Shown: positions 27,241 through 37,895 of the stretch, piece after piece | Numbering within the stretch: position 1 is the stretch's first letter | How the letters are laid out: each line of letters starts with the position of its first letter | The notes under the pieces: model-generated | Databases searched by the model: none | Seen by the model: the letters and a program-made list of their open reading frames with translations, nothing else | Told to the model about the DNA's origin: nothing | DNA from: an uncultured delta proteobacterium | GTDB lineage: Bacteria; Desulfobacterota; Binatia; Binatales; Binataceae | Direction of reading: 5' to 3' | Assembly (NCBI GenBank): GCA_963711565.1 | Contig: CAVQEQ010000001.1 | Location: 32,001-96,000, forward strand | DNA length: 64,000 nt | Position numbers and translations under genes: made by a program

Positions 27241-29984
27241 CGGCTGCCCTGGTAGGGCGCCGCAGGACTCGGCGATGCCGCCGGACTCGCTCCTGGAGCC
27301 CCCGCTGCTGCCACGCTCGGCGCGGCCGCGGGAGTCGGCGTCGAGGTCGGCGCAACCGGCACCGCGCCTTTCGAGCCCGGCGTTCCTTCGGCTCGCGTCA
27401 GCGACGTCGGCGCTTCCTGCGGGTTCGCCGTGATGTCCTTCAGATTCAGCTTGCCGTCTTTGTTGAGGATGATCCGCGAATAAAAATCGTTCAGCGCGAT
27501 CGACCCGACATGTACTTTCGGCGGACCTTTGCCGAGCGCGAAATCGATCCGGTTCACGTTGAGCGCGGCCATTCTGAAAAACAGATCGCTGGTCAGCTTG
27601 TCGAGCATCCGCACGCTGCCGAGCGACGCGTCGCCTTTGTAGCTGACAAGAAACTCCTTGCTCACCTGCTCTAGCCCGACCGCCCCGTCCATCGTCAGGT
27701 TCGCGCTCGTGATCGTCGCGTTCAGCCTGCTGCTCACGTACGGATCGGCAAACGTCAGGTCGAGGCGCTTGGTCCCAACGCGCAGATCGGCCTTGAGCGG
27801 TGCAATCGCCGCGCTGCCGGTGACTTTGAAAGTGCCTTTGCGATTCAGCGTGCCGTCAACATCGACCGAAAACGGTTTGGCAAAGTCGCTCGACACATCC
27901 TTGAGATGCAGATTCAGCGGCGCGACCGCCACAGTGACCGGTTTCGGCGCGCTTTCGTCCACGAAGGTGGCGTCGGTCTGATCCAGGGCGACCGACGCGA
28001 CCTGGAACTGAAAACTCGGCGACGGCGGCGGCGGCGCGGGCTGAACCGGTTTGCGCTCCGCTCGCCTGCGCTCGCGCGGCATTCGCCTCGTCTCGCGCGT
28101 ACTCTCACGCTTGTTGTTCTCCGGCGGAGCCGCACTGCCCCGCATCAGCGACTCGAGGCTCAACTTGCCGTCGCGCGCGCGCCGCACGAACAGATGCATC
28201 CCGTCGCTCTTCACTTCGGTAACCGTCGCATTGCGCGACGCCAGATCGAACTGTCCGATCGCAACACTGAAGTTCTTCCACGCCACCGGCTTTTCTTTTT
28301 CGTGAGGATCGTCCACCTCGAAATTCGCGATCGCGACGCTCGCCGGTTCCGCGTGCACGTTGAAATGGCCGCTCGCGAAATGCGTCTGCACGTTGGCTTT
28401 CGCGCTGAACTTGCCCGACGCCACCGTCGCCGCAAGAAATTTCTGCGCGAACGGTTGCAGCGCCGGCAAATCGACCTGATCGATCGACACGTCGGTCGTA
28501 ACCTGCGACTGCGATAGATCCAGCGCACCCTGCACCGCGAGCGCGCCGCCGCTGTGAATGTTGGTGTTCACGTAAAACGTCGCCGGCGATTTCCCGAGCG
28601 TCCGCAGATTCTTTACCCCGACCTCCAGCGCATCGAGCGCCTCCGTCGCGGGAGTCGGCCCGCTGTTATCCGCCAGGTCCACTCCGCTCTTCGTGAGAAC
28701 GAATGAGTCCAGCTGAAAATCCATCGGCGGTTTCGCCGTCGATGGTCCCGCTACTGGCACCGCCTGTTGCGTCACGTTGCCGGCCGGCGTTGGCGCGGCC
28801 GCTGGCGTGCTCGCCGCAACGATTTGCGCCGGAGGACTTACCGGCGCGGGATGACTACCGCTCGCCAACGACGAGAGATTGTTGGTGCCGTCGGCGTTCA
28901 GCCTGACATTCGCCAGCAGTCCGTCGATCCAGATCGATTGCAGATAGAACACCGCCCCGAGCGGCTCGACGTCGGTCAGCTTCACCTCGGCGTGTTTCAG
29001 CGCGACCACTGGCGCATCGGCGTTGTCGCGAACGTCAAGCTGATCCAGCGCCACCGTCCCGTTCAGGCGAATCAGCGGCTGTGCTGCCGCCTGCACGAAA
29101 TGCACGTACACATCCGCCGACAGCGTCCCACTCGGAATTTTGACGGGCAGCTTCATCGGCGCATAGCTGATGTAGAGCGGGAGGTCGAGCCGATGCAGCT
29201 TCAAATCAACCACCGAGTCGCGCGTCGCCGTGAACGGCTTCGCGACCCCGGCGATCCGTAGCGGACTGCCGTCGATCACCATCTGCAGCAGCGGTTGCAC
29301 GAACACGTCAACGTCCGACGGCAGGTTGGCGATAAACGGCACATTGATCTGAATCTTCTCGATCTTGTGCTGCTTGCCGAGCAGTTGATCGTCGATGGTT
29401 ATTTCGCCGTCGCGCAGTTGGATATTCGATACCGCGAATTTCATCGGCGCGCTCGGCGGCGCCGGCTTCGGCTTCTCAGGCGCAGGCGCGCTCTCCAGCA
29501 AATCGGAGAAATTAAACTGCTGCTGCGATTTCCGCACCACATGTATCTGCGGTTTCTCGACAACGATTTCGCCGATCACAGGCGCAAATCTGAACAACGA
29601 TTTCCACGAAACCTTCACCGTCAGATGCCCGAGATCGACGAACGGCTTCTGCGGATCGTCGCGCTCGCCCACATGCAGTTGGTCGAGGTCGAGCTTCAGC
29701 CGATAAAGATTGAAGCGGATTTTGCCGACGCTCACCTGGCGATGGATGCTGTTGGCGACGGAGCCGGTCAGCACGTGGCGCAGTATCGGAGGAACTGCGA
29801 TGTAAGTCGCGAGGCCGAGAAATAGCACGACCGAGAGAACGATCACGCCGATTCTGCGCACGCGTCGCGAACGTCCCAGCTCTTGCGTGCGCGCAACCCA
29901 CGGCTTGCTCGGATGAAATGCCGCCCTCAAGTGTCCGAGTACGGTTTCGAGGCGTTCGATCGCGCGATTGAGAAAATTGGCCAT
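27237..29984 (-). CDS. DUF748 protein, N-terminal part (split from 26032-27240, probable frameshift near 27256)
   Basis: N-terminal TM, AsmA-like beta repeats, FNFSDL; Pro/Ala linker at the break. Confidence 0.8.
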   Translation of the reverse strand: MANFLNRAIERLETVLGHLRAAFHPSKPWVARTQELGRSRRVRRIGVIVLSVVLFLGLATYIAVPPILRHVLTGSVANSIHRQVSVGKIRFNLYRLKLDLDQLHVGERDDPQKPFVDLGHLTVKVSWKSLFRFAPVIGEIVVEKPQIHVVRKSQQQFNFSDLLESAPAPEKPKPAPPSAPMKFAVSNIQLRDGEITIDDQLLGKQHKIEKIQINVPFIANLPSDVDVFVQPLLQMVIDGSPLRIAGVAKPFTATRDSVVDLKLHRLDLPLYISYAPMKLPVKIPSGTLSADVYVHFVQAAAQPLIRLNGTVALDQLDVRDNADAPVVALKHAEVKLTDVEPLGAVFYLQSIWIDGLLANVRLNADGTNNLSSLASGSHPAPVSPPAQIVAASTPAAAPTPAGNVTQQAVPVAGPSTAKPPMDFQLDSFVLTKSGVDLADNSGPTPATEALDALEVGVKNLRTLGKSPATFYVNTNIHSGGALAVQGALDLSQSQVTTDVSIDQVDLPALQPFAQKFLAATVASGKFSAKANVQTHFASGHFNVHAEPASVAIANFEVDDPHEKEKPVAWKNFSVAIGQFDLASRNATVTEVKSDGMHLFVRRARDGKLSLESLMRGSAAPPENNKRESTRETRRMPRERRRAERKPVQPAPPPPSPSFQFQVASVALDQTDATFVDESAPKPVTVAVAPLNLHLKDVSSDFAKPFSVDVDGTLNRKGTFKVTGSAAIAPLKADLRVGTKRLDLTFADPYVSSRLNATITSANLTMDGAVGLEQVSKEFLVSYKGDASLGSVRMLDKLTSDLFFRMAALNVNRIDFALGKGPPKVHVGSIALNDFYSRIILNKDGKLNLKDITANPQEAPTSLTRAEGTPGSKGAVPVAPTSTPTPAAAPSVAAAGAPGASPAASPSPAAPYQGSR

Positions 29985-30062
29985 CAAACTCGGTCGTCCT
30001 GACGCCGCCAGCGTGAGCCGTCGCCAGCCAATAGTCAATTCACGGCAACACCTTAGATGTAG

Positions 30063-30445
30063 CTATCGGTTGTGGATACCGAGCCAGCGCCGCCGATCCT
30101 CGACGATCGGGCGCGGCTCTTGAGCAGCGCGTACGCTTCGTCAATCGTCATGCTGCGCCTGGTCTTTAGAAACCAGGCCACCACCAGCGGCGCGCGCTCG
30201 CATCCTTCCTCGCAATGCACCAGCACGCGATTGCCCCGCCCGAGCGCTTCGTCGATCAGTGCCGCCGTCTTGTCGAGCGTCACGACACCTTCGGCAAGGA
30301 ACGGCATGTGAATCGCCCGCGGCGGTTCGCCTTCGGGGATGTCGGGCAGCACGCTGATGATCGTGCCGTCGAACTTCTGCGCGTCCTGCAAATCGCCGAC
30401 GAACAACCCCGCAATTATCTCGCTCTCCTGCCAGCTTGCCGCCAT
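30063..30445 (-). CDS. dual-specificity protein phosphatase family protein (apparent frameshift near 30114)
   Basis: VLVHCEEGCERA = HCx5R; adding one base gives ...LKSRRPIVEDRRRWLGIHNR*. Confidence 0.75.
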
Positions 30446-30494
30446 GTGACTGTTTAGCTTGACGGGCGAACGGACATTGCGTCAACCTCGCGCC

Positions 30495-32471
30495 ATGAAT
30501 CTTCCACGACTGCACATCGAAGGACGATGGTTCGTCAACGAACACGGGCGCCGCGTTATTTTGCGCGGCGTCAACCTGGGCGGCGATTGCAAGGTCCCCT
30601 ACCCCGACGGCGGCACCAATTTCCCCTCCGACTTTTCCAACCATCGCGAAGTGTCGTTCATCGGCCGTCCGTTTCCGATTGTCGAAGCGGACGAGCACTT
30701 CTCGCGCCTGCGTGCGTGGGGCTTCAATTGCCTGCGCCTGCTCACCACCTGGGAAGCCGTCGAGCATCGCGGTCCAAATGACTACGACGCGGAGTACCTC
30801 GACTACTTCGCCGAGTTGTGCCGACGCGCCGCTGACTATGGCTTCTACCTATTCGTGGATTTCCACCAGGACGTATGGAGTCGCATGACCGGCGGCGACG
30901 GCGCGCCCTGCTGGCTATTCGAGAAAGTTGGAATTGACTATCGGCGAATCGCCGAGTCGGGCTCCGCACATGTAATGCAACATCTATATGACTATTCGCG
31001 CGGCGGCCGCCAGGAGGATCGCTACCCGACGATGAGCTGGTCGGCGAATTCGCGGCGTCCCGCCAACGGCGTCATGTGGACCCTGTTCTTCGCCGGCCGC
31101 GACTTCGCCCCCGGACTGACCATCGACGGCGTCAACGTGCAGGACTACATGCTCGATCACTACCTTGGCGCGATGCGCGAGATCGCGCGCCGCGTCCGCG
31201 ACTTGCCCAACGTCATGGGCTTCGACTCGCTCAACGAACCCCACAACGGATGGATCGGGGATTCGCTCAGCTATCGCCATCTCGGTCCGACCGAAACCAA
31301 TCCCAACCGCGCAATGCCCGGTCTCGCGTGGTCGCCGCTCGACGGCCTGCTCGTCTCGCATGGAGTCTCGCGCTCAATCCCTGTGCTCGACTTCGATCCC
31401 GCGGCGAAAGCGGCCGTGCACAAACGGGATCGCACGATCAATCCCGACCGCATCTCGATCTGGGCCGAAGGTCGAAGCGATCCGTTCGAGCAAGCCGGTG
31501 CCTGGAAACTCAATAGCGACGGCACTTTCGACGTTTTTCGCGACGACTTTTTCCAGCGCGTCGGCGACCGCAAAGTCAACTTCATCGAAGATTACATGGG
31601 ACCGTTCTTCGCGAGCGTCGCCGAAAACATTCGCGCGATTAATCCGGACTGGATACTGTTCGCCGAGCTCGATCCAATGTCGGGCTTCCTTGGACCGGGA
31701 TTTCCCGCCGATACTCCGCCCAACACCGTCAACGCCGGCCACTGGTACGACATCGTGACGCTCGCGACGAAAACCTTTAGTCCGAATTTCAGTCTCAACG
31801 TCCTGACCGGCGAAATTGCGACTGCAGCCGAACAGGTTCAGGCGCGCTACGAACGCCAGCTCGGGAAATTCGCCAGGATGTCAGAGACGGTAAACGGCGG
31901 CGCGCCCACGCTCATCGGCGAATGTGGAATCCCATTCGATTTGAACGGCGCCGAGGCATACCGCGCCTTTCAGGCCGGCGATCGCAGCGACACACCATGG
32001 ACTCCTCACATCGTCGCGCTCGATCTAATGTATAATGCACTGGATACTCTGCTCATCAATAGTACGCAATGGAACTATACTGCATCGAATCGCAACGATC
32101 TGGCTATTGGCGACGGCTGGAACCAGGAGGATCTGAGTATCTTCTCGCGCGACCAACAGACTAATCGCGATGATATCAACAGCGGCGGCCGCGCGCTCGC
32201 CGGTTTCGTCAGACCCTACGCGATGGCGACACAGGGTATTCCGCGCAAGATGAAATTCGATCGCGTTACGGGACTGTTCGATTACACTTTCGAGGCCGCT
32301 CCATCCGCGGCCCGTGCGACCGAGATCTTTGTCCCGCGCCTCCAATATCCTCACGGATGCGAGATTGAAGTGATCGGCGGGATTGCCGAGCTGGATCTCG
32401 ACAACCAGCGCGCCGTTATCAAGGTCGAGCAGGCCGGAGAAGTGCGCATCGTCATCTGCCGCAAAGCCTGA
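30495..32471 (+). CDS. glycoside hydrolase family 5 (endoglycoceramidase-related / steryl-beta-glucosidase-like) with C-terminal beta domain
   Basis: ILRGVNLGG, TWEAVEH, DFHQDVWSR..GGDGAP, NEP acid/base, IGE nucleophile, WNY, DGWN.EDLS, RPY. Confidence 0.88.
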   Translation: MNLPRLHIEGRWFVNEHGRRVILRGVNLGGDCKVPYPDGGTNFPSDFSNHREVSFIGRPFPIVEADEHFSRLRAWGFNCLRLLTTWEAVEHRGPNDYDAEYLDYFAELCRRAADYGFYLFVDFHQDVWSRMTGGDGAPCWLFEKVGIDYRRIAESGSAHVMQHLYDYSRGGRQEDRYPTMSWSANSRRPANGVMWTLFFAGRDFAPGLTIDGVNVQDYMLDHYLGAMREIARRVRDLPNVMGFDSLNEPHNGWIGDSLSYRHLGPTETNPNRAMPGLAWSPLDGLLVSHGVSRSIPVLDFDPAAKAAVHKRDRTINPDRISIWAEGRSDPFEQAGAWKLNSDGTFDVFRDDFFQRVGDRKVNFIEDYMGPFFASVAENIRAINPDWILFAELDPMSGFLGPGFPADTPPNTVNAGHWYDIVTLATKTFSPNFSLNVLTGEIATAAEQVQARYERQLGKFARMSETVNGGAPTLIGECGIPFDLNGAEAYRAFQAGDRSDTPWTPHIVALDLMYNALDTLLINSTQWNYTASNRNDLAIGDGWNQEDLSIFSRDQQTNRDDINSGGRALAGFVRPYAMATQGIPRKMKFDRVTGLFDYTFEAAPSAARATEIFVPRLQYPHGCEIEVIGGIAELDLDNQRAVIKVEQAGEVRIVICRKA

Positions 32472-32487
32472 GCAGGAGGTGTTCGCG

Positions 32488-32892
32488 ATGACTACGGGAA
32501 GCTGTCTGTGCGGTGGCGTGGCTTTCGAGGCCAGCGATCAAATCGAGTTGCGCAATTGTCATTGCTCGCGATGCCACAAGGCGCGTGGCGCGGCATACGC
32601 CGCCAACCTGTTCGTGCCGAAGAGATCATTCCGGTGGCTTCGCGGCGAAGACCTCGTGATCACCTATCGGCTGCCGAACACGCAAAGATTTGGAAATTCG
32701 TTCTGCCGTATTTGTGGCAGTCCGATGCCGCGAGCGGTTCCGACTCGCGACCTGGTGCTGATTCCGGCGGGCGCGCTCGACGACGACCCAAAAATTCGGA
32801 CGAACTATCACATCTACGTCGGCTCGAAGGCTCCGTGGCACGAGATCACCGACGACCGCCCGCAATATCCCGAGGGCCCTCCGCCCGCGTGA
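32488..32892 (+). CDS. GFA (glutathione-dependent formaldehyde-activating) family protein
   Basis: GSCLCG, CHCSRC, FC..CGS, HIYVGSKAPW. Confidence 0.9.
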   Translation: MTTGSCLCGGVAFEASDQIELRNCHCSRCHKARGAAYAANLFVPKRSFRWLRGEDLVITYRLPNTQRFGNSFCRICGSPMPRAVPTRDLVLIPAGALDDDPKIRTNYHIYVGSKAPWHEITDDRPQYPEGPPPA

Positions 32893-32910
32893 GGCGGATT
32901 GTTTAGTTCG

Positions 32911-33810
32911 CTAGCTGTATTTGCGTTCCCGCCACCACGGAAAGTACGAGGGCAGGTCCTTCGAGACCTTGTCAGGAAATTTCGCCGGACGCTTTTCCAG
33001 AAACGACGCGACGCCTTCCTTCACATCCGCCGACGAGCCGCGCGCGAAAATTCCGCGACTGTCGATCTTGTGCGCTTCCATCGGATGGTCCGCGCCCGCC
33101 ATCTTCCAGAGCATCTGGCGTATCAGCGCGACCGACACTTGCGACGTGTTGTCGGCTATCTCGCGCGCGAGCGCCCGCGCCGCCGGAATAAGTTGATCGG
33201 GTTTGTAGATCTTCTTGATCAGTCCGCCTTCGAGCGCTTCTTCTGCGGGGAACACGCGTCCCGTGAATGTCCATTCCAGTGCCTGCGAGATGCCGACGAT
33301 TTTCGGCAGGAACCAGCTCGAGCACGCCTCCGGCACGATCCCGCGCCGCGCGAACACGAAACCGAAGCGCGCATTCTCCGACGCCAGCCGCACATCCATC
33401 GCGAGCTGCATCGTCACGCCGACGCCCACCGCCGGACCGTTCACCGCCGCAATCACCGGCTTCAAACATTCGAAGATGCGCAGCGTCAACCGCCCGCCGC
33501 CGTCGCGAACCGCCTCGTTGCTCCAATCCACGCTGCCGTCGGCCCTGATCGCGGCTTTCCTGTCCGGACGATCCTCGCGCGACGAGTCGAACGTCCTCGG
33601 ACCCGCCGACAGGTCCGCCCCCGCGCAGAACGCGCGCCCCGCGCCGGTCACAATGATCGCGCGCACGTTGTCGTCCGCGTCCGCCTTGTCGAACGCGTCG
33701 ATCATCTCGTTCATCATGATGCCGGTGAAGGCGTTGAGCTTCTCCGGCCGGTTGAGCGTGATCGTCGCGATATTGTCGGCGACCTCGTAAATGATCTGTT
33801 CGTACGCCAT
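32911..33810 (-). CDS. enoyl-CoA hydratase/crotonase family protein
   Basis: LNRPEKLNA, FCAGADL, KPVIAAVNG.AVG.G, RRGIVPE. Confidence 0.93.
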   Translation of the reverse strand: MAYEQIIYEVADNIATITLNRPEKLNAFTGIMMNEMIDAFDKADADDNVRAIIVTGAGRAFCAGADLSAGPRTFDSSREDRPDRKAAIRADGSVDWSNEAVRDGGGRLTLRIFECLKPVIAAVNGPAVGVGVTMQLAMDVRLASENARFGFVFARRGIVPEACSSWFLPKIVGISQALEWTFTGRVFPAEEALEGGLIKKIYKPDQLIPAARALAREIADNTSQVSVALIRQMLWKMAGADHPMEAHKIDSRGIFARGSSADVKEGVASFLEKRPAKFPDKVSKDLPSYFPWWRERKYS

Positions 33811-33824
33811 CGACTAATCTCCGC

Positions 33825-34291
33825 CTACTTCACGAACAGCATCAGAGCTTCGTACACGACCGCCGGCTTTTGCGAACCGACGACCTGGATTTCCGTTTCG
33901 CGCGTGAGCATCGTGCCCATCGGCCGCGGCTCGACCGCGATCAGCCGCGAGCGCGCGTGCACGCTGGCGCCGGCGGCACGGGCGCGACGAAGCGCAGTTT
34001 GTTCGCGCCGTAGTTCACTACGTTGCGAAATCCGACGACCGCGTACTCATCGGTATTCTTGAACGCCGGCAGCAGGCTCAGCGTCAGAAATCCGTGCGCT
34101 ACCGGCCCGCCGAACGGACTTTCCTTTTTGCACCGCTCGATATCGATATGAATCCATTGATGGTCGCCGGTCACGTCGGCGAACTGGTTGATTTTTTCCT
34201 GCGTCACGTGAATCGGCTCGCTCCACGGGCCGAATTCCTTGCCGATCTTCGCGGTGAGCGCGGGTATATCGTCAAACTTGATCGTCTGCAT
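33825..34291 (-). CDS. MaoC-family dehydratase (apparent frameshift near 33975)
   Basis: FADVTGDHQWIHID, AHGFLTLS, NYG.NKLRF; homology continues in another frame (ASVHARSRL...KPAVVYEALMLFVK*). Confidence 0.8.
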
Positions 34292-34380
34292 CGTCGTCTC
34301 CTCTATGTTTCGATTGCAAGCAAACCCTGGCGGGCTTATCCGGTTCTAGCCGACTAGGGTTTCGTTATGCAACTGAAACT

Positions 34381-34457
34381 GTGGCACAGGCTTTAGCCTG
34401 TGATTTCCCGGACCATGCAAATCCAGGCTGAAGACCACAGGCTAAAGCCTGTGCCAC
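34381..34457. repeat. REP doublet (perfect 22-bp inverted pair)
   Basis: GTGGCACAGGCTTTAGCCTGTG (34381-34402) / CACAGGCTAAAGCCTGTGCCAC (34436-34457), each with an internal hairpin. Confidence 0.85.
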
Positions 34458-34522
34458 TGTGTTTCGAGACTCACTTCGAGGAGAGAATTTAAGCAGCCAG
34501 GACTCAGCTACTGAACGAGGGC

Positions 34523-34903
34523 TCAGTGACGCGGAATTTCGATCGGCCCCAGGCAGAGATTTGCTTCGGGAGGGTGACGCGTAATCGTGAACGAAAACCC
34601 CGGCGCGTACGTCGGACCACCCTGCTGCAAATTGGCCATCTGCTCAAACTCGGGATAATTGCTCTGCGGATTCGCGGACGGCGCGCATTTCCGAGGTGCG
34701 ACATCGCTGGCTGCCGAATCATTCGCGAAATGATTCTCGTCTGAGAAATTTGAGAAATCCGTTGAGGCGAGCGTTGTGCGTGTATAACCGCAATTAACCC
34801 CATCTGAGCATTCTGAGCCCCATGCGTTATTCAACGCGTAGCCAAGCGCGATAAAGAGCAGAATGGTCATCCAGAATCCCAGGGATAAAAACATCTTTCC
34901 CAT
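34523..34903 (-). CDS. hypothetical exported/membrane-anchored protein
   Basis: AGAGGAAG RBS, N-terminal hydrophobic helix, 4 Cys. Confidence 0.5.
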   Translation of the reverse strand: MGKMFLSLGFWMTILLFIALGYALNNAWGSECSDGVNCGYTRTTLASTDFSNFSDENHFANDSAASDVAPRKCAPSANPQSNYPEFEQMANLQQGGPTYAPGFSFTITRHPPEANLCLGPIEIPRH

Positions 34904-35042
34904 GGCCGTCTTCCTCTAAGGGATCGAAGGGAGCATTTTTCATGCCCACACGAACCCGCGAGAATTCGAGACGACCCGTTACCCCGAGACCTATAGACTT
35001 TACAGCTTTCCGAAAAAATCCAGAGACTGTAACTCTTACTGC

Positions 35043-36341
<1,299 letters not shown>

Positions 36342-36458
36342 AATCATCCTCCGTGGTAGAGTGTTGTCCCGCCGACGAGCTCGGCTGAGACTCACACGCG
36401 GATTCTCGCCAATGCGCGATGCCTTTACCAGAGCACGACAAACGTTGCGGCAGCGCTT

Positions 36459-36727
36459 AATCCTAACCTCTCCTTGTCCGAGGAGAGGTCGGCGAAAGCC
36501 GCTTGAAAAGTGGTGTCGCCGGGTGAGGTGCAACGCCGGACAACTCATCAACGCCTAGTCGTCTAATCTCAATTCACAGACACCGGTTCTGCTGCCAGAC
36601 CGCAGCACCACTTTCCGACGTGCTGCAAAAGGTCAGCGTGCTGAATGCGACGGCCAACGTTGCACCTCACCCGTCGCTTGCCTGCGGCGCGCGGCGACCT
36701 CCCCTCGGACAAGGGGAGGTTGGGATT
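36459..36727. repeat. inverted pair of ~70-77-bp palindromic repeats
   Basis: AATCCTAACCTCTCCTTGTCCGAGGAGAGGTCG...CGGGTGAGGTGCAACG (36459-36535) matches the reverse complement of 36658-36727. Confidence 0.8.
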
Positions 36728-36803
36728 CGGAATGCTTGCTTTGCGATCCGCCTCTGGAATCCTTTGCCGCGCCAAAGCAAACTGAGCTTGGAAGCATCGC
36801 CCC

Positions 36804-37841
36804 GTGAAACTCTCGATCATCGACCAGTGCCCTGTTCCTGCCGGCTTCACCGCCGCCGACGCGTTTCGCAACACTATCGAGCTTGCGCGACTCGCGGATC
36901 GCCTCGGCTTCGAGCGCTACTGGATCGCCGAGCATCACGCGACCGGCGCATTCGCCAGTCCCGCGCCCGAAGTGCTCATCGCGCGCGTCGGCGCCGAGAC
37001 TTCGCACATCCGCGTCGGCTCGGGTGGCGTGATGCTCCCGCATTACAGCCCGATGAAAGTGGCCGAGACCTTCCGCGTCCTGCATGCGCTGTATCCTGGC
37101 CGCATCGATCTTGGCATCGGCCGCGCGCCCGGCGGCAGCCCGCTCGATTCATTCGCGTTGCGGCGCGATCGCAGCGCCCAGCCGACCGAAGACGACTTCC
37201 CCAAGCAACTGCTCGAGCTGATCGCTTTCCTGCACGGCGGCTTCCGCCCCGACCACGCCTTCAGCCGCATCGAGCTATCACCCGCGATGCCCGGTGCGCC
37301 CGAGGTCTGGCTGCTCGGCTCGAGCATGTGGAGCGCGGCCGCCGCGGCGCAGCTCGGATTGCCTTACGCCTTCGCGCACTTCATCGATCCCACGCACACG
37401 CGGGCCGCCGTCGAGTACTACCGCTCCCACTTCATCGCCTCGAACGAATTGTCCCAGCCCACCGCTATCCTCGGGATTGGCGCGATCTGCGCACCCACCG
37501 ACGCCGAAGCCGAGCGGATGGCCTCGAGCGTGCGGCTATTCGTGCGTCACGCGCGCCAAGGCAACCGCGGACCGATTCCGACGCCCGAAGAAGCACTCGC
37601 GGAACTCGGACCCGGACCTTTGCCCGATGACGTGATGATGCGCGAGACCGGCGAATGGCCGCGCGCGATCATCGGCACACCGTTCCACGTCCGCGACACG
37701 CTGGTGGACATCGCAAGCATCTTGCACATCGCCGAAGTGATGCTCGTGACCGTAGTCCACGACCATCAAGCTCGAATGCGCTCCCACGAACTCCTCGCCA
37801 AGGCTTTCAACCTCATATCGATCCACACGCCTGCTCATTGA
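36804..37841 (+). CDS. LLM class flavin-dependent oxidoreductase
   Basis: RYWIAEHH, IRVGSGGVML.HYSP, RIDLGIGRAPG, WLLGSS. Confidence 0.93.
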   Translation: MKLSIIDQCPVPAGFTAADAFRNTIELARLADRLGFERYWIAEHHATGAFASPAPEVLIARVGAETSHIRVGSGGVMLPHYSPMKVAETFRVLHALYPGRIDLGIGRAPGGSPLDSFALRRDRSAQPTEDDFPKQLLELIAFLHGGFRPDHAFSRIELSPAMPGAPEVWLLGSSMWSAAAAAQLGLPYAFAHFIDPTHTRAAVEYYRSHFIASNELSQPTAILGIGAICAPTDAEAERMASSVRLFVRHARQGNRGPIPTPEEALAELGPGPLPDDVMMRETGEWPRAIIGTPFHVRDTLVDIASILHIAEVMLVTVVHDHQARMRSHELLAKAFNLISIHTPAH

Positions 37842-37895
37842 CGCAGGCGCGCGCTCGCTCTAAAGAGGGTGATGCCGGGGGGCGGGAGAAAAACA

